From Phyllosticta citribraziliensis (taxonomy: Eukaryota): a DNA stretch of 64,000 nucleotides. Both the position numbers and the translations under genes were made by a program. The notes under the pieces are model-generated. The model did not search any database. It was not told the DNA's origin and was given only the letters and a program-made list of their open reading frames with translations. Position 1 is the first letter of the stretch. Each line of letters opens with the position of its first letter. Location of the stretch: contig NW_027117346.1 of NCBI RefSeq assembly GCF_038025025.1, positions 62,001-126,000 of the forward strand, in the 5' to 3' direction. Below, piece by piece: positions 52,201-64,000 of the stretch.

Positions 52201-52467
52201 GAGAACCTTGACAGCTACCCCAACGCCGAGAACATTGTTTGGGCCCAGGAGGAGCCTCTCAACGCCGGTGCCTGGAGCTTTACCCAGCCGCGCATTGAGA
52301 CTCTCCTGAACCAGACCGAGCACCACAACCGCAGGCATGTCCTCTACGCTGGCCGCAACCCCAGCGCATCCGTTGCCACTGGTCTGAAGAGCACGCATAA
52401 GAAGGAGGAGTTGGACCTGCTGCGGGATGCTTTTGAGGTTTCGCAAGATAAGCTCAAGGGAGAGTAA
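49234..52467 (+). CDS. KGD1: Mitochondrial 2-oxoglutarate dehydrogenase E1; introns 49403-49453 and ~51498-51551
   Basis: Presequence MLRNTIRQC..., [31 protein letters not shown]-binding [46 protein letters not shown]. Confidence 0.97.
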
Positions 52468-53042
52468 AGCAGTAGAGCAAGGCATTTTCTTTTACCAAGG
52501 AGATGAGATCTGTAGATGGAAGAATTGGGGCCTCTCTTAGTGTAACCAGGCATTGACTTCTTCGTTTATCTTTCCGGGAGGGTGAAATTCTGGGGTTTTG
52601 GATAGCGGCATGTTGCTCGCGATGCGCCCTGATTAGAGCGCACTTGTACAGTTCCTTGAGCAGGTTACGAGGAGTTTGAAAGTAATGTGTGCTTCATTCT
52701 TGATGAGATGATGTTGCAGTGGGTATCGAAAGGAATGACTCCCTAGATCTAGCTGCGGCAGTGAACGAGAGCTCCTGAGCGCACCGTAACAGCAGACAAC
52801 ACCTCCCAGACTGCGAGTATGCCAGCAGACGACAGCTCCTATAGCAAAATGACAGTGAACAAATGCTCCTTGGTTGGAGTGCTATCGGTGACACCCCTGT
52901 GCCCCTGATCAGCAACAATCCGAAGTCGCGTCGGACGTCGATCTCCCGACGTCATGGATGTTGTCCCGCGCGGAATCTTCCCGAGAGCACCACCCATCCA
53001 CCAACCTCAGCTCCACGTCCCCCAAATCGACCATCTTTCTGG

Positions 53043-54749
53043 ATGAATAGAGCAAAGGTCGTATCACCATTCATCTGTGCCCGCTGTCTGCGAGCACTCC
53101 AGCCAAACTTCCTCGCCGCCGTCCCACAGCGTCGGTTGTTATCGAATTCGCCACATCGCGCCCAGTCCTCGAGTCCTGCAGCCGAACCAGAGCCTCCGAA
53201 GCCCAATGATGCCAACAAAGATGGAGAGAAGAAAGGATCTGAAGAGAAGGGTGCGATGACACGTCGCCTGGAAGAGCTCACAGAGGAAGGACTTGTCAGC
53301 GGCGGGCGGCGAGCTCAAAAAGCCGCCACCGAGGAAGCCGGGTTCTCGGAAGAGCTGAAGAAGGAGTTGGAAGAGCGGATTGCGAATTCCAACTTCCGCA
53401 GCGAATATGCCAGTCAAATTGGTTACGCAAACTTGCCATCGAGCGCTGGAAAAGGTTCGCGGGACATTGCTGGAGCACAGGCATGGACGGGAGAAGAGAG
53501 CGTAGCGGACGCGTCGTTGCGGATGCTCAACGACTCGATAAAGCCCATGCGAGGAGCCAGACCGCGGCCACCGCCCATCCGGCTGCCTACAAAGGTCGAC
53601 ACGGGCAGAAAAAGCGCGTCAGAGCCCGGCGCGGGGGTCAGACTGGCCAACGCGCGGGACAAGACTAGCATATACGCCGAGCTCAAAGAAAGCAGCATGA
53701 CGCAAGAAGAAAAGGAAAAGCTGCGACGAGAGATGAAGGAGCGGTTCCAGCCGGCCGGCCGCACCGGGCCCATGTCCATCCGCGCGCTCGAGAGCATGGC
53801 CAACGAGCGCATCGAGGACGCCATTGCGCGCGGCCAGTTCCGCAACATCCCCCGCGGCAAGACCATCGAACGGGACTACAACGCCAGCAACCCCTTCCTC
53901 GACACCACCGAGTACTTTATGAACAAGATTATCCAGAAGCAGGAGATTGTGCCTCCGTGGATCGAGAAGCAGCAGGAGCTTGTCGCCGATGCGACGCGCT
54001 TCCGCGCCCGTCTGCGCAATGACTGGAAGAGGCACGCTGCGCGCATGATTGCGGCGCAGGGTGGCTCGTTGGAAGTGCAGATTCGCCGCGCTCGGGCGTA
54101 TGCCGAGGCGGAGAAGGCGTTTAACCCGCAAAAGACCAAGACGGAAACGCTGAGCGCTGTGGACGAGGCGGGCCACATGAGCCAGATTACGCTGGCCGGC
54201 GAGCTCAAGGCAGCGCCGTCTTCTGACACCGACGAACGCACCGAGCAAATCACCATCACAACTTCGACGCCTACCGCCGTTGCCGAGGGAGAAGAAAAAG
54301 TGACTGTCGTGGAAACCAGCAGTGCAGCCTCGTCGACCCCTCCCCAGTCAACGCCCACACCCCCCAAAATCGCACCCGCCGACCACCCCTTCCGCGACCC
54401 GGCCTGGGAAGCAACTGAGCACTCGTTCCTCGCCCTCTCCGTGGCCAAACTAAACGACCTGACGCGCTCCTACAACCTCATGGCGCCCGACCTGGCCAAG
54501 AAGCCATACTTCAACCTCGACCGGGAATTGCGCGCCGCCTTTGCCGACGTCGCGCCGCTGCTTGCCGAAGAGATACACGTGCGGGCGACGATGCCGAAGG
54601 CGAGGAGTAATGCTGATGGTGGTAGTGGCGGGGAAGGAGAGGCTGAGGGGTTCATGGAGAGGCTGGCTGGTAGGAAGGCTAGAGTTAGTGTGGACCGGAG
54701 GCCGACGTATGGGTTTAAGGAATGGTGGCGGGATTTGTTTGGTAAGTGA
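53043..54749 (+). CDS. DUF1992 / DnaJ-C28 conserved-domain protein, probably mitochondrial
   Basis: Arg-rich presequence with FICARC; ANERIEDAIARGQFRNIPRGK, MNKIIQKQEIVPPWIEKQ and YNLMAP motifs typical of DUF1992; intronless. Confidence 0.8.
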   Translation: MNRAKVVSPFICARCLRALQPNFLAAVPQRRLLSNSPHRAQSSSPAAEPEPPKPNDANKDGEKKGSEEKGAMTRRLEELTEEGLVSGGRRAQKAATEEAGFSEELKKELEERIANSNFRSEYASQIGYANLPSSAGKGSRDIAGAQAWTGEESVADASLRMLNDSIKPMRGARPRPPPIRLPTKVDTGRKSASEPGAGVRLANARDKTSIYAELKESSMTQEEKEKLRREMKERFQPAGRTGPMSIRALESMANERIEDAIARGQFRNIPRGKTIERDYNASNPFLDTTEYFMNKIIQKQEIVPPWIEKQQELVADATRFRARLRNDWKRHAARMIAAQGGSLEVQIRRARAYAEAEKAFNPQKTKTETLSAVDEAGHMSQITLAGELKAAPSSDTDERTEQITITTSTPTAVAEGEEKVTVVETSSAASSTPPQSTPTPPKIAPADHPFRDPAWEATEHSFLALSVAKLNDLTRSYNLMAPDLAKKPYFNLDRELRAAFADVAPLLAEEIHVRATMPKARSNADGGSGGEGEAEGFMERLAGRKARVSVDRRPTYGFKEWWRDLFGK

Positions 54750-55422
54750 GTGATGGGACATGGGAGGGTAAGCCCACTTCCTGGCGAACAACAGGAAATG
54801 TTTCTGGCTGTCGTCTTTCTCTCTCGCGTTGTATTCACCTGGCGTTGTCATTGTCCTTTGGGGGAGAGTGCCGTTTCCTTTGATCATTTCTTTCTTCAGC
54901 TATTACTTTTTTGTCAATTATTCACATCCCTTTTATTCTGTCTTTTTATTGCTCGCCTCTCTTTGTTCAAGTATTCAAGGTATTAGAGACACCACCATGG
55001 AAATATCAAGCTCGATATACACTTCCCTTTTCTGTTTCTCTTTTCCTTCTTCTCTTCCCCCTTCCCTTTACTCCGCTTGATCCCAATCCCAGTTCCACAG
55101 TCTCAAGTCACAGTTGGAAGTACAGCACTAAAATTCAAACTAAAACGCTCTCTTCCTATCACCCCTTCATGTCTGTCTGCCGCTACAGCGCAGGCAGACA
55201 GACAATCGACAAATCCAGACAAGCTCAACCTCTTTGAAAACCCTGGTCTCTCTTGTGGAACCGAGACCCCATGACTGTGACTATCCAGTTGAAGATTTCA
55301 ATTCGGCATTTCGTTCCCTCTTGCATGGAGTTTGGCGTCTTTGCGCTCTGATACATCACAACGGCAGGTGCGATTAGAAAGGGAGTTCAACAAGCTATTT
55401 TTCACTAAGAAAGAACGAGGGT

Positions 55423-56770
55423 CTACAGCCTCGGTGACTCCGTCTGCCGCACCGCCGCCCGCTTGTACATCTCGCGCTCAAACGCCTGCGCCAAAGCCTG
55501 CGCCTTCGCATCGCCCTCAGGCACGAGCTGGCCGGCAAACATGCCGCAAAGGCCGGCCTTGCGGTCAATCCACCAAGTCAGATTGGGCAAGCCGCCCCAA
55601 CTCAGCGAGTGCGCGCGGCGCCAGCCAGGGACGTCGTTGACGTTGAGCAAGCCGCCGAGCCCCCAGTCGCGGTCCGTCCCCTTGGGCAGCCCGCCCATGG
55701 CGTTGTTGATGTAGTCGGAGCTGTTGAGCAGCGCGTTCAGGCCGGCCTTGGACGGCGCGCTGAGGTTCGGAATGAACATGGCGTCGACGCTGCCCGGTTG
55801 CAGGAGCTTCCCGTCGTTGCGGAGCAGGCTCTGCAGCACGCGGATATATTCGGGAGCGCAACCGAACAGGCCCTGCCCAGCCATGGCTTCAGTCGCGCCC
55901 ACGAAGGGCATCTTGCGGCGGGAGCCCTTGAGCTTGCCGCTGTTGGCGTCGCGCTGGGTCATATCGGCCATGCGTGCCGCCATGTCTGGCCGCGTAGACA
56001 GGTCGAACGTCATGTCTTTGATGCCCAGCGGCCCGAAGATGTGCTGCTGCATGTACGCCTCGAGCGGCGTGTTGCCGTTGACGCGCTCGACCATTTTACC
56101 TGCCCAGTCGATGCCGGGCCCGTACATCCACCCGCTGCCCGGCTCGAACACCAGCGGGGTGTAGAATCGCGAGGCGATGGTGCCGCCGGGGCTGGGCTTC
56201 TCGCCCCGCGATGCGCGCCATGCTTGGAGCAGAGGGTGCATCGTGTTCGTAGCATAGTCCGGATGAGTGCGTCAGAAGATGGCTAGGAAGTATGTCAGCT
56301 AGTGTTGTGGTAGCCCCGCCTGCCTGGGGACGTGAGTGGTCTGAATGCTCACCGCAACGTCATGGGCGTTGTGTGCTTCTTGTACTGGGGCTTCCCATCA
56401 TCGTCCAAGCCCGTGATAATATCCACGTCTTTGAATTCAGGGAGCACGTCGTACACGGGAGCATCCAGCGACAGTTGGCCTCTCTCAACGCACTGTAGCG
56501 CAGCAATGGTGCCTAGCAGCTTGGTGCAAGATGCTATCCACATGATGGCGTCCTTTTTGAGCGGGCTTTGATCTTCGCCCTCGCGCACAGAGCGCTTCCC
56601 GAATACATTCTCATAGCGAAAGCTTCCTGTCGTTGTCGTCAGTACCTGCATGTGAGCATGTGGCAGGGTTGTGCTGGTCTCGCACCGTCAGCGTTGGACG
56701 CGATGACCACAGCGCCCGGGATGACGCCCGAAGCGCATGCCTTCTCAAGAGTTTCCTCAAGGGACACCAT
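55423..56770 (-). pseudogene. Beta-lactamase-related / LovD-like acyltransferase-esterase with an apparent +1 frameshift near 56245 (pseudogene or assembly error)
   Basis: MVSLEETLEKA...PGAV, catalytic WIASCTK (S-x-x-K), TLR|HLLTHSSG, PLVFEPGSGWMYG, WGGLPNLTWWID. The HLLTHSSG frame is out of phase with the downstream MHPLL ORF. Confidence 0.8.
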
Positions 56771-59522
56771 GATGTTTGAAAGATGTAGAATTGGGTGTTT
56801 GGTTCAGAAGTGTAGGTCGTTCGGTGGGCCAGCTGGCGCCATTGTATCGTCTCTTTTTCCCCGCAGGACCCCGTACTGCATTCCGAGGCTGCAGGGGTCC
56901 GAGGGTCTTCGCCTGCTAACCACCCCGCAAAGGTGTCGAATCTGCCTCCCAGGCACCAGCGTCCTTCATGGGGCGACTGGTGGGAGGTTTCCTCTCCTTT
57001 TACGTATTCGGGTTCTGCGTCGTACCACTCAGTCGGTCGGTCGCGGTGCAAACTGTCGTTGATGAACCTTGATCCCCGATCGAGTCAAACTCAACCTAAG
57101 CTTCCTCGGCGCGCGGCCCGCCCCGCAGGTGTAAATCTTTACTTCAGAACCCCAAGTTGCAACTGTTTGTCGATCCGGAGACAGGAGCCACGAACCGCGA
57201 CAGAGGCCAGATTGCCTTGATCCCTTATGTGTGATGCAGTCAGACAGAAAAACAAACGGTCAGATGCACCTGAGCCGGGCAGCGACAAGATCTGGTCATG
57301 AGTCAGCTCACCTTTTCCTTGCGCTGCTTCCGAATGCCAGAAATGATCGATCTGTCCTCAACGACGTCGAATCGGACACTTGAAGATGTTGTGGTACACC
57401 AAAGTATTGGCGCACGGAGTGGCTCATAAGCTCTGGTAGGCTTCCGTTAGGGAAAAAGTCACGTCGTCGACCGAGACAAGTTGAAGGGACGCGGAGCATC
57501 CAAGCGCCCGAAAGAGATGGGTAGAAACGACACGCCTTTGCTACAGACGGCGATTCTTTTTGCTCCGAAATTCTCCACGGCGCGACCCCATGACCAGTGA
57601 CCGCATCTCCTCGTGTTGACCGTCATCGCATCTGGCAGTTGTTCATCCACTCTTGCTGCCAAAGTATTGAGGAGGCATTGTCACCTTCCCAAACAGCAGA
57701 AATCGACATGTCCTATCTCATGGTGGTCGAGGAAGCGGAAGTGAGCGACTGGACGATCGAAGAGGGAACGTTGTATCCGAATTTCCGGACACGAGTGTCG
57801 CTGTGATTGCTGAGTGTGATGGTTGAAAGATGGGGAGTCTGCGGATGTTGTTGATTCTGCTGCCGCTGTCTCAAGGAGGCATGCTGTGCTCTGCTTGCAA
57901 AGTCATTTTGCCTGAAGCTAGTGCGGGATGAGCGCAAAGATTCGCCGCGACACGGAGTCGATTCCGGAGGCGAGTTGAGGCACAAGAGAGACTTGATGCT
58001 CACCCGCACAACTGCAAAGTGGGATCAGGAGAATCCCACTCCTGCGAGTAGGGACGAAGTGACAGACAAAGACCTTCCAAAGTCGTTGGATAGGGGTATG
58101 GAGCATTCAACCGTCCACCTCGCCAACCCAACAGCGGTGTAGTTACTCCAATTTTTGGCAGCCAGTGTCGCATGGACCTCATTATCCCAGTGGCGGGACA
58201 TTCAGGCGAGCTCCAGGAAATCAAGGTCGAGACCGAGACAAGAGCATCGACTTGACAGCCGTCACCCGCATTAGCGCACACTCCACCAGTGCTCTTTCTA
58301 GACGACGCCACGCTCTACCACTGAGTGCCCGGTTTAGGAGGTCTGCGAATCATTTCCCAATCGAACCGGCGATTTGTCGAAAAGAGCCGCAAACAGGTAC
58401 AGCACTAAACACGCGGCAGTGTGATAGGACAAGCGCCAGTCGGCAGATTTCCAGAAGCAGCGGTGCGGCGGGCCGCAATACCATAGATGTGCTGGGCAAA
58501 AATCGAACAAATCCGCTCCAAAAGGCAGGCCGAGAGGCGGTCCTTCGGTAATAAGACTGAAACAGAAAATGAGATGCGTTGCTGTACACAGCCACCCCCG
58601 TCTGCTGACCGACGGTGCGCTCCGTGGGACAGAGAGCCTGCTCAACTCTTGGCAAAGCAGTGGGAAAACAGCGGAAGAAGGACGTGACGTGGATCCCGAC
58701 TCCACTCTTTTTCTCTTGGTGGTTTCAATGCTTGCGCCGCCAAGGCCCGCCAAGAGCTTCCGCGCTGATCATACCTCATCTTTTCCACCAACCCTTTTGC
58801 TCGCCTCCTGGGATTGGGCGACGGTAGATATTCCATCTTGGCGTTGTGCTGTTTCGCCGCGTGCACAAACCTGCCTTGTGTAGACAAGAAAGCGAAGCTC
58901 TGCAAGAAACGGCACTGCCAAGACAACAGGTAGAGCGGTTGGAATTCAACACCAACATCACTTTGAGCCGCCGGACGGAAATCTGTATGCCCCGGAAGAA
59001 TGCATCGAGCAAAAAACAAATGGATCAGCGCGTCAGGGGCACGATTCCATAGATCCCCAGCGTCCAACCTTGCACTCGCCAGGGTCCAGTGCGGAAGTGG
59101 TGCACCTATTCTTCTTTTTGCTCCGAAGACCGCGCGCTTTGTGAGGTTTCATTGCTGCTCCACCTTGGCACGTCCAAGTCATGGTCCTGCCATTATCACA
59201 GCCGACGCCTCGTTTTTGCCGATTTCCATGCTCTTTGGGGGGCAGCTGTCGTACTGGCGCACAAACCCAACCGGCACTTCGAGCCTCTGATCCGTCCACA
59301 GCATGGCGACCAAAAGTTTCAGATGCAGTTGACGCTCTTAGCGAAGTCGAGGGTGGTGGAGGACGAGCTCTTCGATTCTGAGTACTTAAGTCCTCAGGCT
59401 TCCAGTCGAAGAGTTGATCATCCAAGTCCTCCAACAGTCCATTCATTCATACTCCACTCTTTCAAGCACAACCAGAACTGATCTGTGATCGTTCCTTCCT
59501 TTCCAACATACCATCAGTCAAC

Positions 59523-60549
59523 ATGCTCGTCAAGGCCCTCCTTCCCCTCCTCGCCGTCACTGGCGCTGTCTCGGCTCGTGCCACTGGCAACCAGTCCGGT
59601 AGCTTGAAGAAGCTCACCCGTCGTGCTGACTTCCCCATCCCCGACTCGACCGGCGACGTCACCTTTGACGAGGCCTATGAGGTCGATGGCGAGTACGACG
59701 GCAAGCTCCAGACCTTTGGCCGTGGTGTTGAGTGCACCGGTCAGGAGGAGGGAGATGACTCGGACGCTGTCTTCATCATCAAGGATGGTGGCACCCTGAA
59801 GAACGCCATCATCGGCGCCGACCAGATCGAAGGTGTCCACTGCGAGGGCAGCTGTACCATTGAGAACGTCTGGTGGTCCGCTGTCTGCGAAGGTCAGTGT
59901 TGACTCCCAGATCATCAAGACCCACGTTTTTGAGCAAAGCTGACATGACAACACAGATGCTCTTTCCCTCAAGGGTGACGGCGATGCCACCATCACTGGC
60001 GGTGGTGCCACCGGTGCTGAGGACAAGGGTAAGTCTGAAGAAGAGCAGTCTTTCCGGCTGCCTTGAGTTTGAATCCAGCTAACTTGTTTCGTTACAGTCA
60101 TTCAGCAGAACGGTGTTGGCGCCGTCTCCATCAACGACTTCACCGTCGTCGACTTCGGCAAGCTGTACCGCTCCTGCGGTAACTGCAAGGAGATGGGCGA
60201 GCGCACTGTCACCCTGACTGGTGTCACCGCCATCAACGGCAAGAAGCTTGTCGGCATCAACTCCAACTACGGCGACAGTAAGTTCCCCTGATTTCTGAGT
60301 GTCCCTCGTCTCTTGAGGTTCCTGGGTGCTCCTTGACCCCCAGGTGCTCCTTGACATATAGGCGCCGCACTCTTGTCATGTGTACTCATGCTGATGATTG
60401 CGATAGCCGCCACCATCACCGACACCTGCGCCACCGAGGTCAGCGACATTTGCACCGAGTACGAGGGCACCACCCCCGGCAACGAGCCCGAGGAGCTCTC
60501 CAGCGGCCCCTCGGACGCCTGCATCTACTCCGAGCTCCCCGCCTGCTAG
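59523..60549 (+). CDS. Secreted pectate lyase, polysaccharide lyase family 3; 3 introns
   Basis: Signal peptide, RR (Kex2-like) site, [65 protein letters not shown]. Confidence 0.94.
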
Positions 60550-61608
60550 ATGCCCATCTCAGAACTATTCTGAGACGTGGATGCTGGAAATTCAGGAGCC
60601 ATTGAGTCCGGTCCAGAAATGGATGGAGGACGAAAACCTTTAGGGTGTAACTTTCGGGCATGTTGAGCATACTTTATCTTCAATGTAGAAAATATATTTG
60701 GACTTGGCGGACTTTGTGAGCTCAAATTGAATCAGTGACGCAGTGAATTCCAGGACCGAGAGGCAATGATTGGCGGGAGTAGTTGTCAAGAAATACGAGT
60801 CGTGAGTGATGAAAACGAGGATGGATAGCAAAAGCCGTGAAACAAGAAGACGAGTTGGAGCTCATGGATGCTCCTTGTTGTCGTCCCATGTAGATGCTTG
60901 AATGCTCTCATCTGGCAAACTGGGCTGAAAGCTCCCTGTTAGTTGCGTGCTCAAGCACACCAACACAAACCGTCTGCGCAGCATTTAGTCACCTACCTTC
61001 CGATGAGTGTGCCATGACTTTGCTCACCAAGTCTTGGACCGGCGATCTATGAGATCGTCCCTTGAACTCGGCACGTACCGAATAAGCGACGCGTGGTCGA
61101 AGGGTCGGCTTCTGTTGGCTCCTTCAAGGGACCGGCATACCGAATTCGGGGTCCGCCAATCGCTGCATCTGACTCGCAGCATCAATGCGCTACAGAGAAC
61201 ATCGCCGTACCCTCTGGGATCATCTATCACCGACGAGATGAGGCCGAGTCGTAGGAAAATGGCCTCACGAGCTGTTTTCGTGATTCGGATTCAGCAGTCG
61301 GGCCTTTCGTTTCATGTTGAGCGCAGCAGGATGTGCCAAGCAGAGCCACAGGAAAAATTTTCGACGACGAGAGGGGAGACGATGAGCAGCGTCGAGATTT
61401 GAAGATGGCGATGGTGTTGATGGAGTTTGCACATGGTTCGGCAAAGCGAGGACGTTCGGATAAGCTGCCCTAGCGTGCACCACGCGAGCGGGCGGGCCGA
61501 AATCGGACGCGGGCCGCGCGCAGCTTAATCTGGAAGCCTCACGTCATTCCTTCCAACAACACGACTCCGCGCGCCTCCGCTGCCTTGGCTTGACATCTCC
61601 GAATAGTC

Positions 61609-62686
61609 ATGCTTCGAGCGCCCATTCGAAGATTCTCATCCTCTGCGTTCAACATGTCGTCGGAACAGTTTCAGACGCTGGCAAAGTACACGGCTTGTGA
61701 TGTACGTCTGTCATATGCTTGCCGCGACTCTTGCCTTGACCTTGTGTTTGTGCTGTTTGGATTGAAAGATGCGTGCATCGCGGGGCTGGACGTCGACTTC
61801 CAACACAGTTTGCTGGTGGCCAACAGACTAAGCTAAGACATTCCAGATCTCGGATGCCTTGCTGAAACTAAACGTGCCCGGCGCCGGCTTCCTCGCAGAC
61901 ATAGGTAAACGCAACTTTTGAAACCCTGCTTTCCTTTCAGACCCTTGAAGCAGCGAAATTTTTCCAGTCATTCACTGATGGGGTGGTGCAGCACCTCTCA
62001 AATCCAAGACTCCCGCGCGAGTCGTCGCCCCAGCCAGCACCGTCCTCTTCGCCCCCAAAACGTCCCCCTCCTTCCCCCAGCCTGTCGGCCCGAAACCTGA
62101 CCCGGACCCCCCGTCCAGCGGCGATGGCAGCAAGATCAGCCCTGGCACCCCCTACGCCGATCTCATCAACCAGAACACCATTGCCGTCCTCTCGCAGCCC
62201 GAAGGCCAGGTTTGCGCCGTTGTTGGCGGCATCAATGCCGTCCGTATGGAGCAGCTGGGTGCCAAGGGCGTCGTGGTGTCCGGCAGGGTGAGAGATGTGG
62301 ATGCTTTGAAGGGGTTGAAGATGCAGGTGTGGAGTCGGGGGACGAGTAGTGTTGGGGCAGGGGCTCAGGCGTCGGCGTTTGCGGTGGGTTATCCGCTGAC
62401 GATTGGGCAGGTGGTTGTCAACTCTGTGAGTATATCGCAACCGCTCGTTCCGACTCTCGTTCCGCAATTTGCAAGCCGTTGGACTGTCGTTCCTGGCTAA
62501 CACGATCAGGGCGACATTATCATGCTGGATGCCGACGAAAACAGTGTCGTTGCCATCCCCAAAGACAAAGTTGAAGAGGTCCTCAAGCTCCTGCCGAAGC
62601 TCACAGAAGCCGACGACAGGTGTATGGCTGATGTTCGCGCCGGCGGCTCGGTAAAGGAGGCTTTTGCAAAGCATCGCGGCAAATGA
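61609..62686 (+). CDS. RraA-like / 4-hydroxy-4-methyl-2-oxoglutarate aldolase family protein; 3 introns
   Basis: YTACD|ISDALLKL, CAVVGGINA...GAKGVVVSGRVRD, |GDIIMLD...VVAIP; GT-AG introns join the pieces in frame. Confidence 0.88.
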
Positions 62687-63336
62687 ATTTAGACCCTTAC
62701 TAAGCGTAGCGTCTCATTGTTGTTGGTATTTCATAGACTTAATGCTCGTGTTCAAGACGAGGTATCTTTACGGATTTGAGAATTCAGATCTATAGTGAGC
62801 TTTCAGAATTCAAATGTCCGCAGACGGATGGTGATGACGCACAAGGAGCATCCGATCGTGTAGCAGCACCCCGCTGTAGAGCTCTCATGACAACGAAGAG
62901 ATGCTCAAAATTGATCTTGGATGGCTCACGAACGTCCTTTCGGCCTGACAAGTGAAAAGGAAATCAATTCCATTTTTGGGCAAAGCAAAAGAAGCCAGGA
63001 GCTAAATGAACCCATTGAACTCGCATCCCCGAGCAAGATTGATCATTCCACCAGAATTTTGAGAGGCAAATCTTTCGGTCGTCAGCATCCTGAATATCCC
63101 GCCGGCTTGTGCCGAAGCTACCCTCCACGCTCAAATCATCCTCAGTCGGTCGTCTTTGGTTGAATCGCCGTTTGTTCGTAAAATCGAAATAAGTGGCCGT
63201 ATGATTAGGTGTCGCTTTTAGTGTCACTTTTGAAAGTCCCCAAAGAAGTTCCCAACCCAAGCCCCTGGCAATCCGAGTGGTCTTTTTTGTTCGGATGCCC
63301 TTCACGTTCCAGTCCCCTGTTTTGCTTGGGCGGCCT

Positions 63337-63981
63337 CTACTGCTCGTCTTCTTCGCCCATGGTCTCCTCCCAAACCCTCTCCAAGCCCGCCTCCCTGAAG
63401 CGCTCTTCCTGGTCATCAAGGACCTGTCCCAGGCCGCGGTGCATGCTCTCCAGAGGCTTGAGCGCCTTCCTGGCCAACGCCGCATTTTCTCCCACCAACT
63501 TCTGCAATTCCCTCTCCCTCTCCACAAGGCCAACGCAGTAGCGATGGCACTCAGCGAGCTCGTCCTGTTTGTCGAGAATGGACGTGCGTAGTGCCGTGGC
63601 GGCCTGGCGGAAAGCGTCTCTCTCTTTCCTCGTGTTGGTCAAGGCGTCGCCGAATTTGCGCATATTCGTGTCAACCTGGACCACGTGCAGCGATAGTCCT
63701 CTTTTTTCATCCTCCAATTGCGCGTTGCGGGCCTGGAGCTTATTGACTCGGGACTGGAGTAGAGTTACCTCGTTGTCCCTGTCCTTCAACTCTGGCGGGA
63801 GGATGTAGGACTGGAGACGAGATCTCTGGCGCTTTGACGGCGTGGATGTGCCAGTGGGAGAGGCCGAGCGTTTGGACGAGCCAGGTGACGAAGACGACCC
63901 GGCTTTTGGATAGTCCGTGAATGGAGTCGTGTTGTTGGAACCTCCGGATGACAAGCTCGGGTAGTTCGGGAAAGATTCCAT
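63337..63981 (-). CDS. Hypothetical coiled-coil protein (5' end close to window edge)
   Basis: 214-aa ORF with Ser-rich N-terminus, basic NLS-like PSKRQR and a long heptad-like helix (LQSRVNKLQARNAQLEDEKRGL...). Confidence 0.6.
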   Translation of the reverse strand: MESFPNYPSLSSGGSNNTTPFTDYPKAGSSSSPGSSKRSASPTGTSTPSKRQRSRLQSYILPPELKDRDNEVTLLQSRVNKLQARNAQLEDEKRGLSLHVVQVDTNMRKFGDALTNTRKERDAFRQAATALRTSILDKQDELAECHRYCVGLVERERELQKLVGENAALARKALKPLESMHRGLGQVLDDQEERFREAGLERVWEETMGEEDEQ

Positions 63982-64000
63982 ATTGGTAGACGAGCTGGAA

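Noticed and set aside
55423..62686. Secondary-metabolite cluster around the LovD-like gene
   Set aside because: No PKS, NRPS, terpene synthase, P450 or cluster transcription factor in the window; neighbours are unrelated genes.
1..64000. Transposons, RIP-mutated repeats, tRNA/rRNA genes
   Set aside because: I saw no transposase or RT motifs, terminal repeats, strongly AT-rich RIP tracts or tRNA cloverleaf/B-box; small RNAs could be missed without Infernal or tRNAscan.

Overview
Fungal (filamentous ascomycete, probably Dothideomycete-like) genomic DNA with short spliceosomal introns and microsatellite-rich intergenic DNA. I can support about 18 protein-coding loci. Recognisable genes: KRE6/SKN1 GH16 protein, SSN6/CYC8 corepressor, TRP2 anthranilate synthase I, a CFEM GPI protein, COX11, MOB1, an MFS sugar/polyol porter, a GH51 arabinofuranosidase, KGD1, a DUF1992 protein, a LovD/beta-lactamase-like esterase, a PL3 pectate lyase and an RraA/HMG-aldolase. 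Less certain: a NuiA-like small protein, an orphan membrane protein, two coiled-coil proteins and a 60-aa Cys-motif microprotein. I found no tRNA, rRNA, transposon or CRISPR array. The best leads are a 564-nt, in-frame, stop-free MOB1 intron (candidate exitron giving a long isoform), a fungal nuclease-inhibitor-like gene with no partner nuclease, a GC-AG-spliced zinc-finger-like microprotein, a +1 frameshift in the LovD-like gene and a possible arabinose/arabitol utilisation gene pair. Exon structures were built by hand and family calls rest on motif recognition; no database searches were run.
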